From a virus, in the IMG/VR virus record IMGVR_UViG_3300025853_000041, positions 41,182 through 105,181 of that record: a DNA stretch of 64,000 nt, one strand, 5' to 3'. Shown here one piece after another: positions 27,745 to 37,336 of this stretch. Numbering within the stretch: position 1 is the first letter of the stretch; each line of letters begins with the position of its first letter. The position numbers and the translations under genes were made by a program. The notes beneath the pieces were generated by a model. That model searched no databases, was not told the DNA's origin, and saw nothing but the letters and a program-made list of their open reading frames with translations.

Positions 27745-30700
27745 ATGGCAGGAATATGTAAAACTACCTTAAATGAGGTAAAGCAAAACTATGAAGAGAG
27801 AGTTGGTAAATATATCAATACTCTATATGGAAAAAGTTTTGAAGAAATAACTGACCCAATGAATCCATTACATAAAGTGAATGGAATCAAGTTTTTAAAT
27901 GTTAAAAAAGACAACATAAGTCCAACAACCTTCTCTATTGAAATTAATAGAGAGGGTTTAAACAAACTTATAATTAAAGAGACCTTCAGAATTGTTAATG
28001 AGGATGTTGATGAAACTTTTGACCCAACTCTTCCACCTGATGATTTTGAACTTCCTGAAGGAATGATGCCTGAAGGTGTCCCTAATATGCCTGGAGTTTT
28101 GCCTCCTGGTATGGTTCCTACTGCTAAGCCTGATTATCCTTACAGATTTGAAGAGACTTTAGCTCATAGAAGACAGTTAAAAGACAGTATTGACAGAAAG
28201 ATTCAATTGCTTCAAAATGAAGAGCTTGCAGAAGAGACTTCTAAACAACAATTGGAACAGATAGCTTATCTAAAAGATATTTCTGTAAAATTATTTAAAG
28301 AAATTCAATTCTTAGAAAAAAATGAAGGAGATGTAGATGCTTTTGTAGATAATATAGCCACAGATATTAAAAATACTATGGGGCTATTGAAAAACCCTAC
28401 AATTGAAAACTTAGAGTTTGCAAGAAAATATCTTCAAATGTTAGACTATTTTGTTAGAGATGATGAGACTGGATTCTTAAAGTCTTCTTATTCGACACTT
28501 AAAGATACTAATCCTGATATACACAATAAAATAGTACAGGCAAGACAAGGGATAACTGAGGCTAAAGATGATTTAGCAGCTAAAGTAAACCTTCAAGTAG
28601 AAGAAAAAATTAAATACCATATAAGACAAAAGGAAGAATATCAAAATGCTGATGAAGCTTTCTTAGAGAGTGAAGCTAAAAGATTATTCAAAGAGCAATT
28701 TGCTGAGCAACAAGAAATTTGGTATGGATTAAAGTTTTACACTAAAATGGAAGATATGGAAGAAGAAGGTAATGTTCTTGTTTCTGTAATTAAGAAAGCT
28801 TATGATGATGCTGTTAGAAACAATGGTAAAAAAGGTGTAGAAGACAAGTTGCTGGCAAAAGAAAAAAGTATAGTAAACAGACTGATTGAGACAGGAAATT
28901 ATGTAGGTAGCTTCTTCAAGAAGAAAGCCCTATGGGATGTCTTTAAAACAGATAATGAAGGGGAAAACAGATTGATTAATCCTTTTACTGTTTCTTGGCA
29001 AAAATTTAAAAAAGCTAATGAAGTTAAACAAAGAGTTATTTCTAAAATATTTTATAACTTTTCAGCAGAATCTTCTGATACTCAATTAGCTGCAATAGAT
29101 AAGCACTATGAAACTTTAAAGAAAGAGGCTGACTTTATAGATATAAGAAAACTGCCTGAGATAATTGCTAACAAAGATTTTGATGAATTTAAAGGCTCTT
29201 TTTCAACTGATGCAGAAGCTCTTGCTTACAGAGATGAAATAATTGCAAGGATTGGAAGAAGAGAATACAATAAACTTATAAAAGAAGCAGAAGACAATAT
29301 TAATTCTTTTATGATTGAAAAAGAAGTTAAATTTAATCAATTAAAAGATGAATATGGTGTTACAAATGGACAGGAATTACAGAATGCAATGTATAGAGCA
29401 GGAGCTGAAAGTGTCTGGAATTTCTATTTACAGAATTATTACACTAAATCTCCTTTTATCTTTGCAGAAAACCACTTTGACCAAGCAACTGGCAACAAGA
29501 TTGCTAAAGTCTATTTTGTTGAAAACAAACAATACCTTAATTATGATGCAAGAGCTAACTTAGAGTATAGTACTTTTATACCTAAGACTAAATATCATGA
29601 TAGCAAATTTGAAGAAAAGATTAAAGGAGACAAAGTTCTGCTAGAAGCTTGGGAGTTAATGGACGAACTTGTAGAATACAGTAATAAAAATGGGGCTGAT
29701 TATAATGCTGATACTGACTTAGATACAGATTTAGGACATGAAAGAAAAAGAACCCACTTATTAACTGATGTTCTTGGTCTCCTTTCTCCAACAGCTTTAA
29801 CGAACCTTAAAAAAATAATGAGGAGACTTACATCAACTATATCTGGTGAAGGTTGGGTTGATGAGACTGCTGAAGACAAAAGAATAGCAGGACAAAGGGT
29901 CACTACTGAGAAGAAAATTATGCAACAATTTAATAAATTGATTGCTATTGATGGTCTCAAGCAAGTAAACATGACTGAAGCTCAAATTGAAGAGTATAGA
30001 GAAAGAGCTTTAAATTTAGTTAATAAGCATGCTGATACTGAAAACCTATTACACAATATTATCACTTCCTCTCAAATGACAGGTTCTTTTAAAGCTAAAA
30101 AAGAAGTAGAAACATATCTACAATTTATAGCAAATCAATTAAGAGGAGCAAAAGGCAGAAAAGCTTTTACAGAAATAGTTGACTTTTTTATTAATAGAAA
30201 TTTATATGCAATTAATAATAGGGGTAAAACTGCTAAAGGCAAGTTTAGAAATGAGTTTGGAAGAAGGGTAAAACATTATCCACATGAACACGAAGAAATC
30301 AGAAAAGAAATCAAAGAGGGTTTGAAAGTTCTAAAAAAGAGAGCTAAAAAAGAACCTAATAATAAAGAACTTGCATTACAGATTGCTGATTTAGAAAAGA
30401 TGTATGAAGATGGAGTTGTATATGTAAATGGTAGAGATGTCACTGAAGCAATGTTATTTAAGGTAAAAGCTTTTACTGCTTTTGCTATAAATGGTTCAGC
30501 TCAGGTTACAAACATGGCTATTGCAAGTGCTAATGCTTATGAAGTAGATGGCAGACCAGGATTTTGGAAAGCTGGCATATACACTAGAAGTATGTCTTTT
30601 GCAAGAAAATATAAGAATATAAAATTAATTACCTCTAAGAAAATGCGAGAACAAAGAAAGATTATGGACCTCTTTCTAAAAAGTGCAGACTTAGTGCAGA

Positions 30701-32409
30701 ATAGTGCAAATGAAATATACAGGGAGCAATCATCCAGATTTGGTTCTGCTGTTAAAGAAGTTATTAAAAATCCAACTAATTTTGTTGGAGAGGTAGAGAA
30801 AACAATTCAAAAACCTCAACTATTAGCTTTACTTACAGAGGTTTTTGTTGAAGACAAAAATGGACAAAAAGTACCAGTTTTTGATGTAAAAAAAGGAGAG
30901 TTTCCTGCATTTACATTAAAAGATGGTGTGCTTGTTTTAAAGAAAGATTTTGATACAAAGAAAAATAGAGATACTTTTATAAGTTTTAACTCTCAAGAGG
31001 CAGCAAATATTTTTGGGGAGTCTGGAAAAATACCTAAAGCTATTGCTTATATAAATGGTGATTATCGTAATTCTACTACTTATTTAGCTGAAAAATATAT
31101 AGTGACTGCAATGACCTTAATGTTTAAAAGATGGGCAATTGCAACAATCTACAAGAAGGCTGATATTTACAAAAGATTAGCTAAAAATGACCAACATATT
31201 GCAGGGAATGGGTTTCAACTATTAAAAGCTGGTATCTTTGCCACAGCAGTAGGCTCAGCAGGACTTTTAGGTGGTGTATTCACTATGCCTGTTGTTATGG
31301 GAATAGGAATTGGTTGGTATGCTATATCACAAAGAAAAGCTTTTCTTAAGCAAATTCAAGAAGACCAAACTAAGTTAGAACAAATCTATAAAAATACTAA
31401 AGAAGTGCAACTAGCAGTTTCTATGGAAAAATATGTTAAGGGTAGTTTAACTATTGCAACTTTAGCTTTATCTACTGCAGCTCAAGCATTACTTAATATA
31501 CCTAGTAGGTGGATAGGAAGAGATGTCATAGATAGTGACAAACTTAAAAGTATGGTTTACATTGATAAGAAAAATCTACAACAAAAAGCAGTAGATGAGA
31601 TACAAGCAGATTTATACTTTTTGCAGACATCAACAGCTTTAGTCTTAAGAAATATGATTTATGGTGTGATGTTACATTCACTTTATTCTTTACTTGACCC
31701 AGGATTTGATGACGATGAAGAAAAAGAAGCATATAAAAAAGCAGTTGAAGCTGAAAAAGGTATTTATTTTGCAGGAGAAGATGAAAGAACTAAAATTCAG
31801 ACAGTTATGGAATATCCTGGACTTTCAACCTATTATGCTTTAAACAACATGTTGGCTTCTTTTGCTGAAGATATGTCCCTTACTGAAAATTGGACAGGGC
31901 TTCAAAGAATGGGTCAAGCAGGTAGTATTGAAGATGCTTGGAATGTTGGAGAAGAGCTTGTAAAGGATGAAGAATACGAAAGAGGTAAAAATGCAGGACG
32001 TAAAAAAGGAGTTGTACTTGCTGAAAGATATGTTACTCCTTCTGCTGTAAACTTATTTGGATTTGGTAACAAAATGGAAAAAGACTACAATACAGAGGGT
32101 ATAGTGGACAGGTCAAACAAAACTAATCTTGAGATAATGACTGATATCCATAAAGAAGCTAAGAAGGTAGCTAAGAAAAACCACGAAGAAGTGGTTAAAA
32201 CTTGGGCAGAATATGAAAGTTTACCAGAAGGAGAAAGAGCAGATTGGGTGAAAAAAGAACTCACCAAATTTTCAAGAAATGAATATCCATCATTAAAACC
32301 AGAAGATTTTAATAAGGATGGTTCATTAACTGCTGAAGGTATGGATAAAGTAAGAAATTATAGAGCTGGTATCCCTGAAGATTTATTGAAAGAGCTTAAA
32401 CTTGAGTAG
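27745..32409 (+). CDS. Large internal virion/ejection protein
   Basis: 1554 aa, helical, with C-terminal hydrophobic segments (GIFATAVGSAGLLGGVFTMPVVMGIGIGW); follows the vRNAP as in crAss-like phages. Confidence 0.65.
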   Translation: MAGICKTTLNEVKQNYEERVGKYINTLYGKSFEEITDPMNPLHKVNGIKFLNVKKDNISPTTFSIEINREGLNKLIIKETFRIVNEDVDETFDPTLPPDDFELPEGMMPEGVPNMPGVLPPGMVPTAKPDYPYRFEETLAHRRQLKDSIDRKIQLLQNEELAEETSKQQLEQIAYLKDISVKLFKEIQFLEKNEGDVDAFVDNIATDIKNTMGLLKNPTIENLEFARKYLQMLDYFVRDDETGFLKSSYSTLKDTNPDIHNKIVQARQGITEAKDDLAAKVNLQVEEKIKYHIRQKEEYQNADEAFLESEAKRLFKEQFAEQQEIWYGLKFYTKMEDMEEEGNVLVSVIKKAYDDAVRNNGKKGVEDKLLAKEKSIVNRLIETGNYVGSFFKKKALWDVFKTDNEGENRLINPFTVSWQKFKKANEVKQRVISKIFYNFSAESSDTQLAAIDKHYETLKKEADFIDIRKLPEIIANKDFDEFKGSFSTDAEALAYRDEIIARIGRREYNKLIKEAEDNINSFMIEKEVKFNQLKDEYGVTNGQELQNAMYRAGAESVWNFYLQNYYTKSPFIFAENHFDQATGNKIAKVYFVENKQYLNYDARANLEYSTFIPKTKYHDSKFEEKIKGDKVLLEAWELMDELVEYSNKNGADYNADTDLDTDLGHERKRTHLLTDVLGLLSPTALTNLKKIMRRLTSTISGEGWVDETAEDKRIAGQRVTTEKKIMQQFNKLIAIDGLKQVNMTEAQIEEYRERALNLVNKHADTENLLHNIITSSQMTGSFKAKKEVETYLQFIANQLRGAKGRKAFTEIVDFFINRNLYAINNRGKTAKGKFRNEFGRRVKHYPHEHEEIRKEIKEGLKVLKKRAKKEPNNKELALQIADLEKMYEDGVVYVNGRDVTEAMLFKVKAFTAFAINGSAQVTNMAIASANAYEVDGRPGFWKAGIYTRSMSFARKYKNIKLITSKKMREQRKIMDLFLKSADLVQNSANEIYREQSSRFGSAVKEVIKNPTNFVGEVEKTIQKPQLLALLTEVFVEDKNGQKVPVFDVKKGEFPAFTLKDGVLVLKKDFDTKKNRDTFISFNSQEAANIFGESGKIPKAIAYINGDYRNSTTYLAEKYIVTAMTLMFKRWAIATIYKKADIYKRLAKNDQHIAGNGFQLLKAGIFATAVGSAGLLGGVFTMPVVMGIGIGWYAISQRKAFLKQIQEDQTKLEQIYKNTKEVQLAVSMEKYVKGSLTIATLALSTAAQALLNIPSRWIGRDVIDSDKLKSMVYIDKKNLQQKAVDEIQADLYFLQTSTALVLRNMIYGVMLHSLYSLLDPGFDDDEEKEAYKKAVEAEKGIYFAGEDERTKIQTVMEYPGLSTYYALNNMLASFAEDMSLTENWTGLQRMGQAGSIEDAWNVGEELVKDEEYERGKNAGRKKGVVLAERYVTPSAVNLFGFGNKMEKDYNTEGIVDRSNKTNLEIMTDIHKEAKKVAKKNHEEVVKTWAEYESLPEGERADWVKKELTKFSRNEYPSLKPEDFNKDGSLTAEGMDKVRNYRAGIPEDLLKELKLE

Positions 32410-32424
32410 ATTCAGTATGCAGAC

Positions 32425-32462
32425 AAAAAGAAAGAGAGTTAAATTTTAACTCTCTTTTTTTA
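32425..32462. terminator. Bidirectional intrinsic terminator at the convergence of the two genome halves
   Basis: AAAGAGAGTTAAA-T-TTTAACTCTCTTT inverted repeat flanked by A- and T-runs. Confidence 0.8.
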
Positions 32463-32897
32463 TATATTATCCATAATTAATCCCCTTATCTTTGGAACAT
32501 TTTTATGGTCATTGTGTTCCACTTTAGTCCATATAGTAGCTTTAAGAACGTCTATATTTGCTTTTCTGGCTTTTATTACTCTGTGGTATCCATCAATTAA
32601 ATGATACTCTTGTCCAATTTGAACCATACTAATATAATGTAAATCTCTTAAATTTTCATATAAAAGCATTTCTGATTGAGCTTCTTTTAATTTTGATTTA
32701 GACATCTTAATGTTATTGATATCTATAAGCCCAGGTCTTAAATCAAATTTATCTAATTGAAACAACATACCAAACCATTCATTGAAATTGTCCTTATATG
32801 CCAATTCTATTTCTTTCTCCATCTCTGGCTTCATCTCAATTAATAGGTCTTTAATTCTATCTTTTGTCTTTATAAGTATTTGTTTTATTTTTCCCAT
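32460..32897 (-). CDS. ParB/Srx-like domain protein
   Basis: YHLIDGYHRV motif. Confidence 0.6.
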   Translation of the reverse strand: MGKIKQILIKTKDRIKDLLIEMKPEMEKEIELAYKDNFNEWFGMLFQLDKFDLRPGLIDINNIKMSKSKLKEAQSEMLLYENLRDLHYISMVQIGQEYHLIDGYHRVIKARKANIDVLKATIWTKVEHNDHKNVPKIRGLIMDNI

Positions 32898-33623
32898 TTA
32901 AAATTCTATTAATTTATATGTTACACCAATTCCTACTTGAAATCCAGTGTTTATTGTGTTTCCTACTTTTGTCAACCCATACCCAACATAAGGACCTACA
33001 ATGAAATTTTTCTGTTTTTGAGTTACATTGTATATTCTCATGTCTGTAATATTTGAATAAGGATTTGCATCTTTAGCTGTTGCAAAAGTTTTCTTTTTCT
33101 TAAAAAATCCCTGACTTTCTGAGCCAACAACTATACTAAGATTATGATATGTTTTTAAAGATATAGTTGTAGAATCTTTTGTAGCTCTACTATTTATCTT
33201 ATACCATTTGTCTTCAATAGTTGCACTGTATATTGGGTCGTTATCTACATCCTCAGTTACTTCTGTAACACCTCCTGCATTTATATCTGTCTCTGATGTG
33301 ATTACTCCAGCAGTCCCATTTGAGTCCTTAAAAAGCTTCCTATTCTCTTTTACTAATCTTTGTAATTGTTGAATAGCTTCGTTTTGAGATTCTAAAGCTA
33401 AAAAGGTCTTAGCATTGCTTGTTTCTAAGACTTGAATCTTAGCTACATTTTCTCCATCTTTATTCTTCCAAACTTGTAATTCAGCTAAACTTCCTTCAAT
33501 TAGTGTTTCCTGTTCTGCTCTTAAATTTTTCTCATTAAAATATAGGGTGGCTACTAAAATTAAAGCAGCAACTAAAACTACATCTTTAAGAACTCTGAAT
33601 GTTTTATTTTTATTTATACTCAT
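32898..33623 (-). CDS. Putative spanin-like lysis protein
   Basis: N-terminal TM helix, coiled coil, C-terminal amphipathic beta strands ending in Phe. Confidence 0.5.
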   Translation of the reverse strand: MSINKNKTFRVLKDVVLVAALILVATLYFNEKNLRAEQETLIEGSLAELQVWKNKDGENVAKIQVLETSNAKTFLALESQNEAIQQLQRLVKENRKLFKDSNGTAGVITSETDINAGGVTEVTEDVDNDPIYSATIEDKWYKINSRATKDSTTISLKTYHNLSIVVGSESQGFFKKKKTFATAKDANPYSNITDMRIYNVTQKQKNFIVGPYVGYGLTKVGNTINTGFQVGIGVTYKLIEF

Positions 33624-33637
33624 TTTTATTTTTATTA

Positions 33638-33676
33638 AGAAAAGTTCTTTGCCTAATCATAGACAAAGAACTTTCT
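33638..33676 (-). terminator. Intrinsic terminator-like hairpin
   Basis: AAAGTTCTTTG...CAAAGAACTTT inverted repeat followed by TTTTCTT on the - strand. Confidence 0.6.
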
Positions 33677-33688
33677 GTTTATTACATT

Positions 33689-33925
33689 TTAATCATTTAA
33701 AAATGTATCTATTTGATTATTAGTGTAGGCAGAAGAAAACTCTACTGTCCTACCATTAGCACCTATAAAAACCACTAAGTTATTTCGATAGTTAAGTTTA
33801 ATTTGTTTTCCTGTTAAATGGTCAGTGAAATATTTCACATCTTCATCCTCTCTATCATGGAAAGTTAAACCTAATTCTACTAAATACTCGAATAAGTCGA
33901 TATTAGCTACATAAAATTTGCTCAT
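33689..33925 (-). CDS. Hypothetical protein
   Basis: 78-aa ORF in operon orientation. Confidence 0.55.
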   Translation of the reverse strand: MSKFYVANIDLFEYLVELGLTFHDREDEDVKYFTDHLTGKQIKLNYRNNLVVFIGANGRTVEFSSAYTNNQIDTFLND

Positions 33926-33965
33926 TTTATATAATTTATATTTATATTAAAAAATGTTTTTGTCT

Positions 33966-34514
33966 TTAAGAGTCTGTACTACCAAAGCCATCTTCTCCTC
34001 TAACATCCTTATAAGGGTCATGTCCTAGGATATAACTCTGTTGGTCAATTGGACTATTTTCCCAAATAAATTCTATATCAGGTCTAGTAACTATTGCAGG
34101 AACTAGTTGTGCAATCCTTTCACCTTTTTCTACTTTATTTAAGAAAGGTGTAGAATTGTATAATATAATTCCAATTTCTCCCTGATAGTCTTCATCTACT
34201 GTTCCTGGTCCATTAAGTACAGAAAGTCCTCGTTTTAAAGACATTCCACTTCTGGCTCTAACTTGTAGTTCAGTGTTTTCAGGTAAAATTGCTTTTATTC
34301 CTGTTCCAAAAAGAATTCTTTCTAATGACCTGAGTTTTATGTATCCTCTTTCATTAAATCCTTCTTGTACTTTTTTTAAATTTTCAGGCTCAATTTCTCT
34401 ATCTCCTCTAAAGACCTTCAAGATTTTAAATGCTGTAACATCCATTCCTGAGGCTTTTTCTGAATAATATTTAGGTTGGTCTGCTCCTTCTTCTATTAAG
34501 AATTTTATCATCAT
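33966..34514 (-). CDS. dut: Trimeric dUTPase
   Basis: ASGMDV, RARSG, GTVDEDYQGEI, RIAQL and RGEDGFGST motifs. Confidence 0.95.
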   Translation of the reverse strand: MMIKFLIEEGADQPKYYSEKASGMDVTAFKILKVFRGDREIEPENLKKVQEGFNERGYIKLRSLERILFGTGIKAILPENTELQVRARSGMSLKRGLSVLNGPGTVDEDYQGEIGIILYNSTPFLNKVEKGERIAQLVPAIVTRPDIEFIWENSPIDQQSYILGHDPYKDVRGEDGFGSTDS

Positions 34515-34583
34515 TTATTATTTATTTCTGTTATGTAAAGAGAATAAAGCCAATCTTCCATTCCCATATACGAAAAAACTACA

Positions 34584-34841
34584 TTAATCATACTGAGTAT
34601 CATTAATCTTTTTGACTATACGATATACACCATCATCTGTCATGAATTGGTGTCCTCTCATAGCAAAAATTTCAATATCCTTATCCTCTAGTTCTTGTTG
34701 GAATATAGGGATATGAAGTTCGTGTTCTTTACTGACTTCTAAATCATCAAATTCAAATGACCTATTATTAGTATCAGTAATTTCTTCTGATGGTTCAGTG
34801 ACCTTTTTTACAAGTCTCCATTCTATTCCATTTACTTCCAT
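34584..34841 (-). CDS. Hypothetical protein
   Basis: 85-aa ORF coupled to the RNR gene. Confidence 0.55.
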   Translation of the reverse strand: MEVNGIEWRLVKKVTEPSEEITDTNNRSFEFDDLEVSKEHELHIPIFQQELEDKDIEIFAMRGHQFMTDDGVYRIVKKINDTQYD

Positions 34842-34843
34842 AG

Positions 34844-36811
34844 TTATATGATTTCACATGAGCCACCAGCACAAGCAACAGTCTCGTTAACTACTGTGTT
34901 GTCTTCCTCCTCAACAATTAGGGTCAAATCAATCTTGTTTTCTTTAATGTATTTTAATTTTCTATTGAAAACTTCATCATCAACTGTTTCAAAAGGTTCA
35001 TTTTTATATGTTCCTCCATCAAAAGGTAAGACTGATAAACCATTAAAACTGTTTTTATTTTTCCACATCCATTCACCAACAACTTCCCATTCATCCTCTT
35101 TTACAGAGACAGTAGCAGAAACATTATTTGTATTTGGTCCTCTTCTGTGTCCACTATGTACCCAATTGAGGTTCATATCTTTGATTCTTTCAAGAAATGT
35201 AAGAGCAGTTTCATTGTCTCTCAATATAGCCTCTTCAGGTGCTATTTGAGGTATTCCAATAACTGCACTATCAAGTTGGTACTCCATATTCTGTATTAAT
35301 TCAGGATGGTGTATAGACATAAAAGTATGAAGGTCATCTCCAATTTTACATTGAATATTCCTAATATATTTAGGTCCATGCCATGCATGAATTCCAGAGG
35401 CTGTACCTACAACACAAGAAGTTGTTCCTGAGGGCTTAATAGTTGTATTTCTTGCTGCACTTCTGATACCAATTTCTTGAGCAACTCTGTGGTTCTCTTC
35501 CATTCCTATCTCAGCAGCTTTTTCCATATCCAACCCTTCAAGATTTCCATCTGCAACTCCTGTAATTCCAATACCAATCAAAGCATCTTTCTCTGTATTT
35601 GTCTTCCAAATATTTCTAAGATAGTGAAAATCAGTGATACCAGCTTGCAAAGTTCCGAAGAATCCTGCAACTCTAGCTCTATCTTCTAAATCAGCTTGAG
35701 CTAACACATTTGAAAAAGGACCTCCATTTTCATAATAGTTATCCATGTATCCTGTTCTAACTAATAGGTCTATATCTTCATCATCAGCACAACTCATATC
35801 TCCAAGAGTCCCAGCATTTATTTCTGTTAAATTACAGAAAGTAAAAGGTCTCAAAGATATCTCACAACAAGGATTAGTCCCATATTCAGGGTCATTGGTG
35901 AAATAGATACCTGGTTCTCCAGAGTTGGAATCAACAACCATTTGCCATAAAGCATCAAATTCTGCTTTTTTAACCCTATTTCTTAGGATAACTGCAGAGT
36001 TATTAGCTCTTCCTAATTCTGGATGAAGTTCCCACCAACTACCATGTTTAGCAGTTGCCATTACTTTGTCATCCATTGAGAATAGAGCAATTAATGCAGC
36101 TCTACGAATTCCTCCAGCAAGAACAGCATCAGCAATCAAGCAACAGATTCTATGTACCTCAAAAGTTGATAGTTGACTACCATTCTCTTTGTCAGCTAAA
36201 ATTGACTCAATTTTCACTAATGCAATTTTTAAAGGTTCAGGACCAGGAGCCCTACCACCAGCAGTAACAAGTCTTGCTCCTTTCTCTCTAATATCTGAAT
36301 AATCAAATCTTGGAGCTACTTTTGTTTTTCCAAAATAAGCTTTCATTAATTGTTTTATGGCATCAGACCATCCTTCAATAGAATCTCCTATTAAGAACTT
36401 AGCTTTTTTAGTAGGCTTTGTAATCTCAGGCAGTCTTTCAACATGGTGTTTTTGAACAGAGTATCCTACTCCAGTTCCACCAAGTAGTAAAAACATTAAT
36501 TCACTAAAAGCTCTATAATCATCAATAGGTAAATATGAACAATTATATCCTCTAGCTTCATTCTTTTCCATTGCTGGTCCTGCAAATTGCAAAGCCCTCA
36601 TAGAAGGTAATACTTTTTTACTGTGAAGATATGCTCCATTTAAAATAATTTCATCTTTTAAATCAGGATATCTTTTTATCATCATTGTTAAGTATCTATC
36701 TACGACTTCTGTCCAGGTTTCTCTTCTATTCACCTCAGGCAGATATTTTGCATATTTAGTATAAACTACTACATCTGATAATATTTTTTGCGTATTTATT
36801 TCATTTTTCAT
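34844..36811 (-). CDS. nrdJ: Class II (adenosylcobalamin-dependent) ribonucleotide reductase
   Basis: YNC, GGTGVG, TNPCCEI, CNLTE, TIKPSGT and C-terminal CAGGSCE motifs; no beta subunit adjacent. Confidence 0.85.
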   Translation of the reverse strand: MKNEINTQKILSDVVVYTKYAKYLPEVNRRETWTEVVDRYLTMMIKRYPDLKDEIILNGAYLHSKKVLPSMRALQFAGPAMEKNEARGYNCSYLPIDDYRAFSELMFLLLGGTGVGYSVQKHHVERLPEITKPTKKAKFLIGDSIEGWSDAIKQLMKAYFGKTKVAPRFDYSDIREKGARLVTAGGRAPGPEPLKIALVKIESILADKENGSQLSTFEVHRICCLIADAVLAGGIRRAALIALFSMDDKVMATAKHGSWWELHPELGRANNSAVILRNRVKKAEFDALWQMVVDSNSGEPGIYFTNDPEYGTNPCCEISLRPFTFCNLTEINAGTLGDMSCADDEDIDLLVRTGYMDNYYENGGPFSNVLAQADLEDRARVAGFFGTLQAGITDFHYLRNIWKTNTEKDALIGIGITGVADGNLEGLDMEKAAEIGMEENHRVAQEIGIRSAARNTTIKPSGTTSCVVGTASGIHAWHGPKYIRNIQCKIGDDLHTFMSIHHPELIQNMEYQLDSAVIGIPQIAPEEAILRDNETALTFLERIKDMNLNWVHSGHRRGPNTNNVSATVSVKEDEWEVVGEWMWKNKNSFNGLSVLPFDGGTYKNEPFETVDDEVFNRKLKYIKENKIDLTLIVEEEDNTVVNETVACAGGSCEII

Positions 36812-36820
36812 TAATTTAAG

Positions 36821-37336
36821 TTAATTTATATGTTTTTTTAGGTTTGAAAACCTCATTAAAAACTCTGCTTCTGCTTTCTCAGATGTCCAACAATCAATTT
36901 CTCCATCATTCAGTCTAATAAATTCCCACTCATAATGTAGAGCTTGTAAATCTATAAACTTTGTGGCAGAAGAATAAGGATAATTGTAACCATATTTTTG
37001 GGCTAACACCTTACTTAATTTGTTTTCAAGGTCTTTATACCCAGGTAATAACTTTTTTAAAGGTGATGGGCAATCTCCAAGATAAGCTTCAGTTGCATCA
37101 TGCATGAGTCTTTCTAGTCTCTCATCTTCAGCAATTTCGATATAATAATCATGACACCAACAACAATGTTGTGCCACTGAATATAGATTAGCAGTATGTC
37201 CTAACCATCTTGGGATTAGGCTTAAAGCATGAGCTATATCATTAATATCAATTGTATCAGGGTCCATTTTGAGATAATCAAAATAGACACCTGAATACGT
37301 TTTAATACTGTTTGGCATAAATAAATTTTCTTTCAT
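36821..37336 (-). CDS. HD-domain 5'-deoxynucleotidase (YfbR/YfdR-like)
   Basis: DIAHALS...YSVAQH...LMHDATEAYLGD motifs. Confidence 0.85.
   Translation of the reverse strand: MKENLFMPNSIKTYSGVYFDYLKMDPDTIDINDIAHALSLIPRWLGHTANLYSVAQHCCWCHDYYIEIAEDERLERLMHDATEAYLGDCPSPLKKLLPGYKDLENKLSKVLAQKYGYNYPYSSATKFIDLQALHYEWEFIRLNDGEIDCWTSEKAEAEFLMRFSNLKKHIN

Noticed and set aside
36821-37336. DatZ / 2-aminoadenine (Z-genome) or other base-modification pathway
   Set aside because: No PurZ or other modification enzymes in the window; the HD protein fits the ordinary YfbR/YfdR type.
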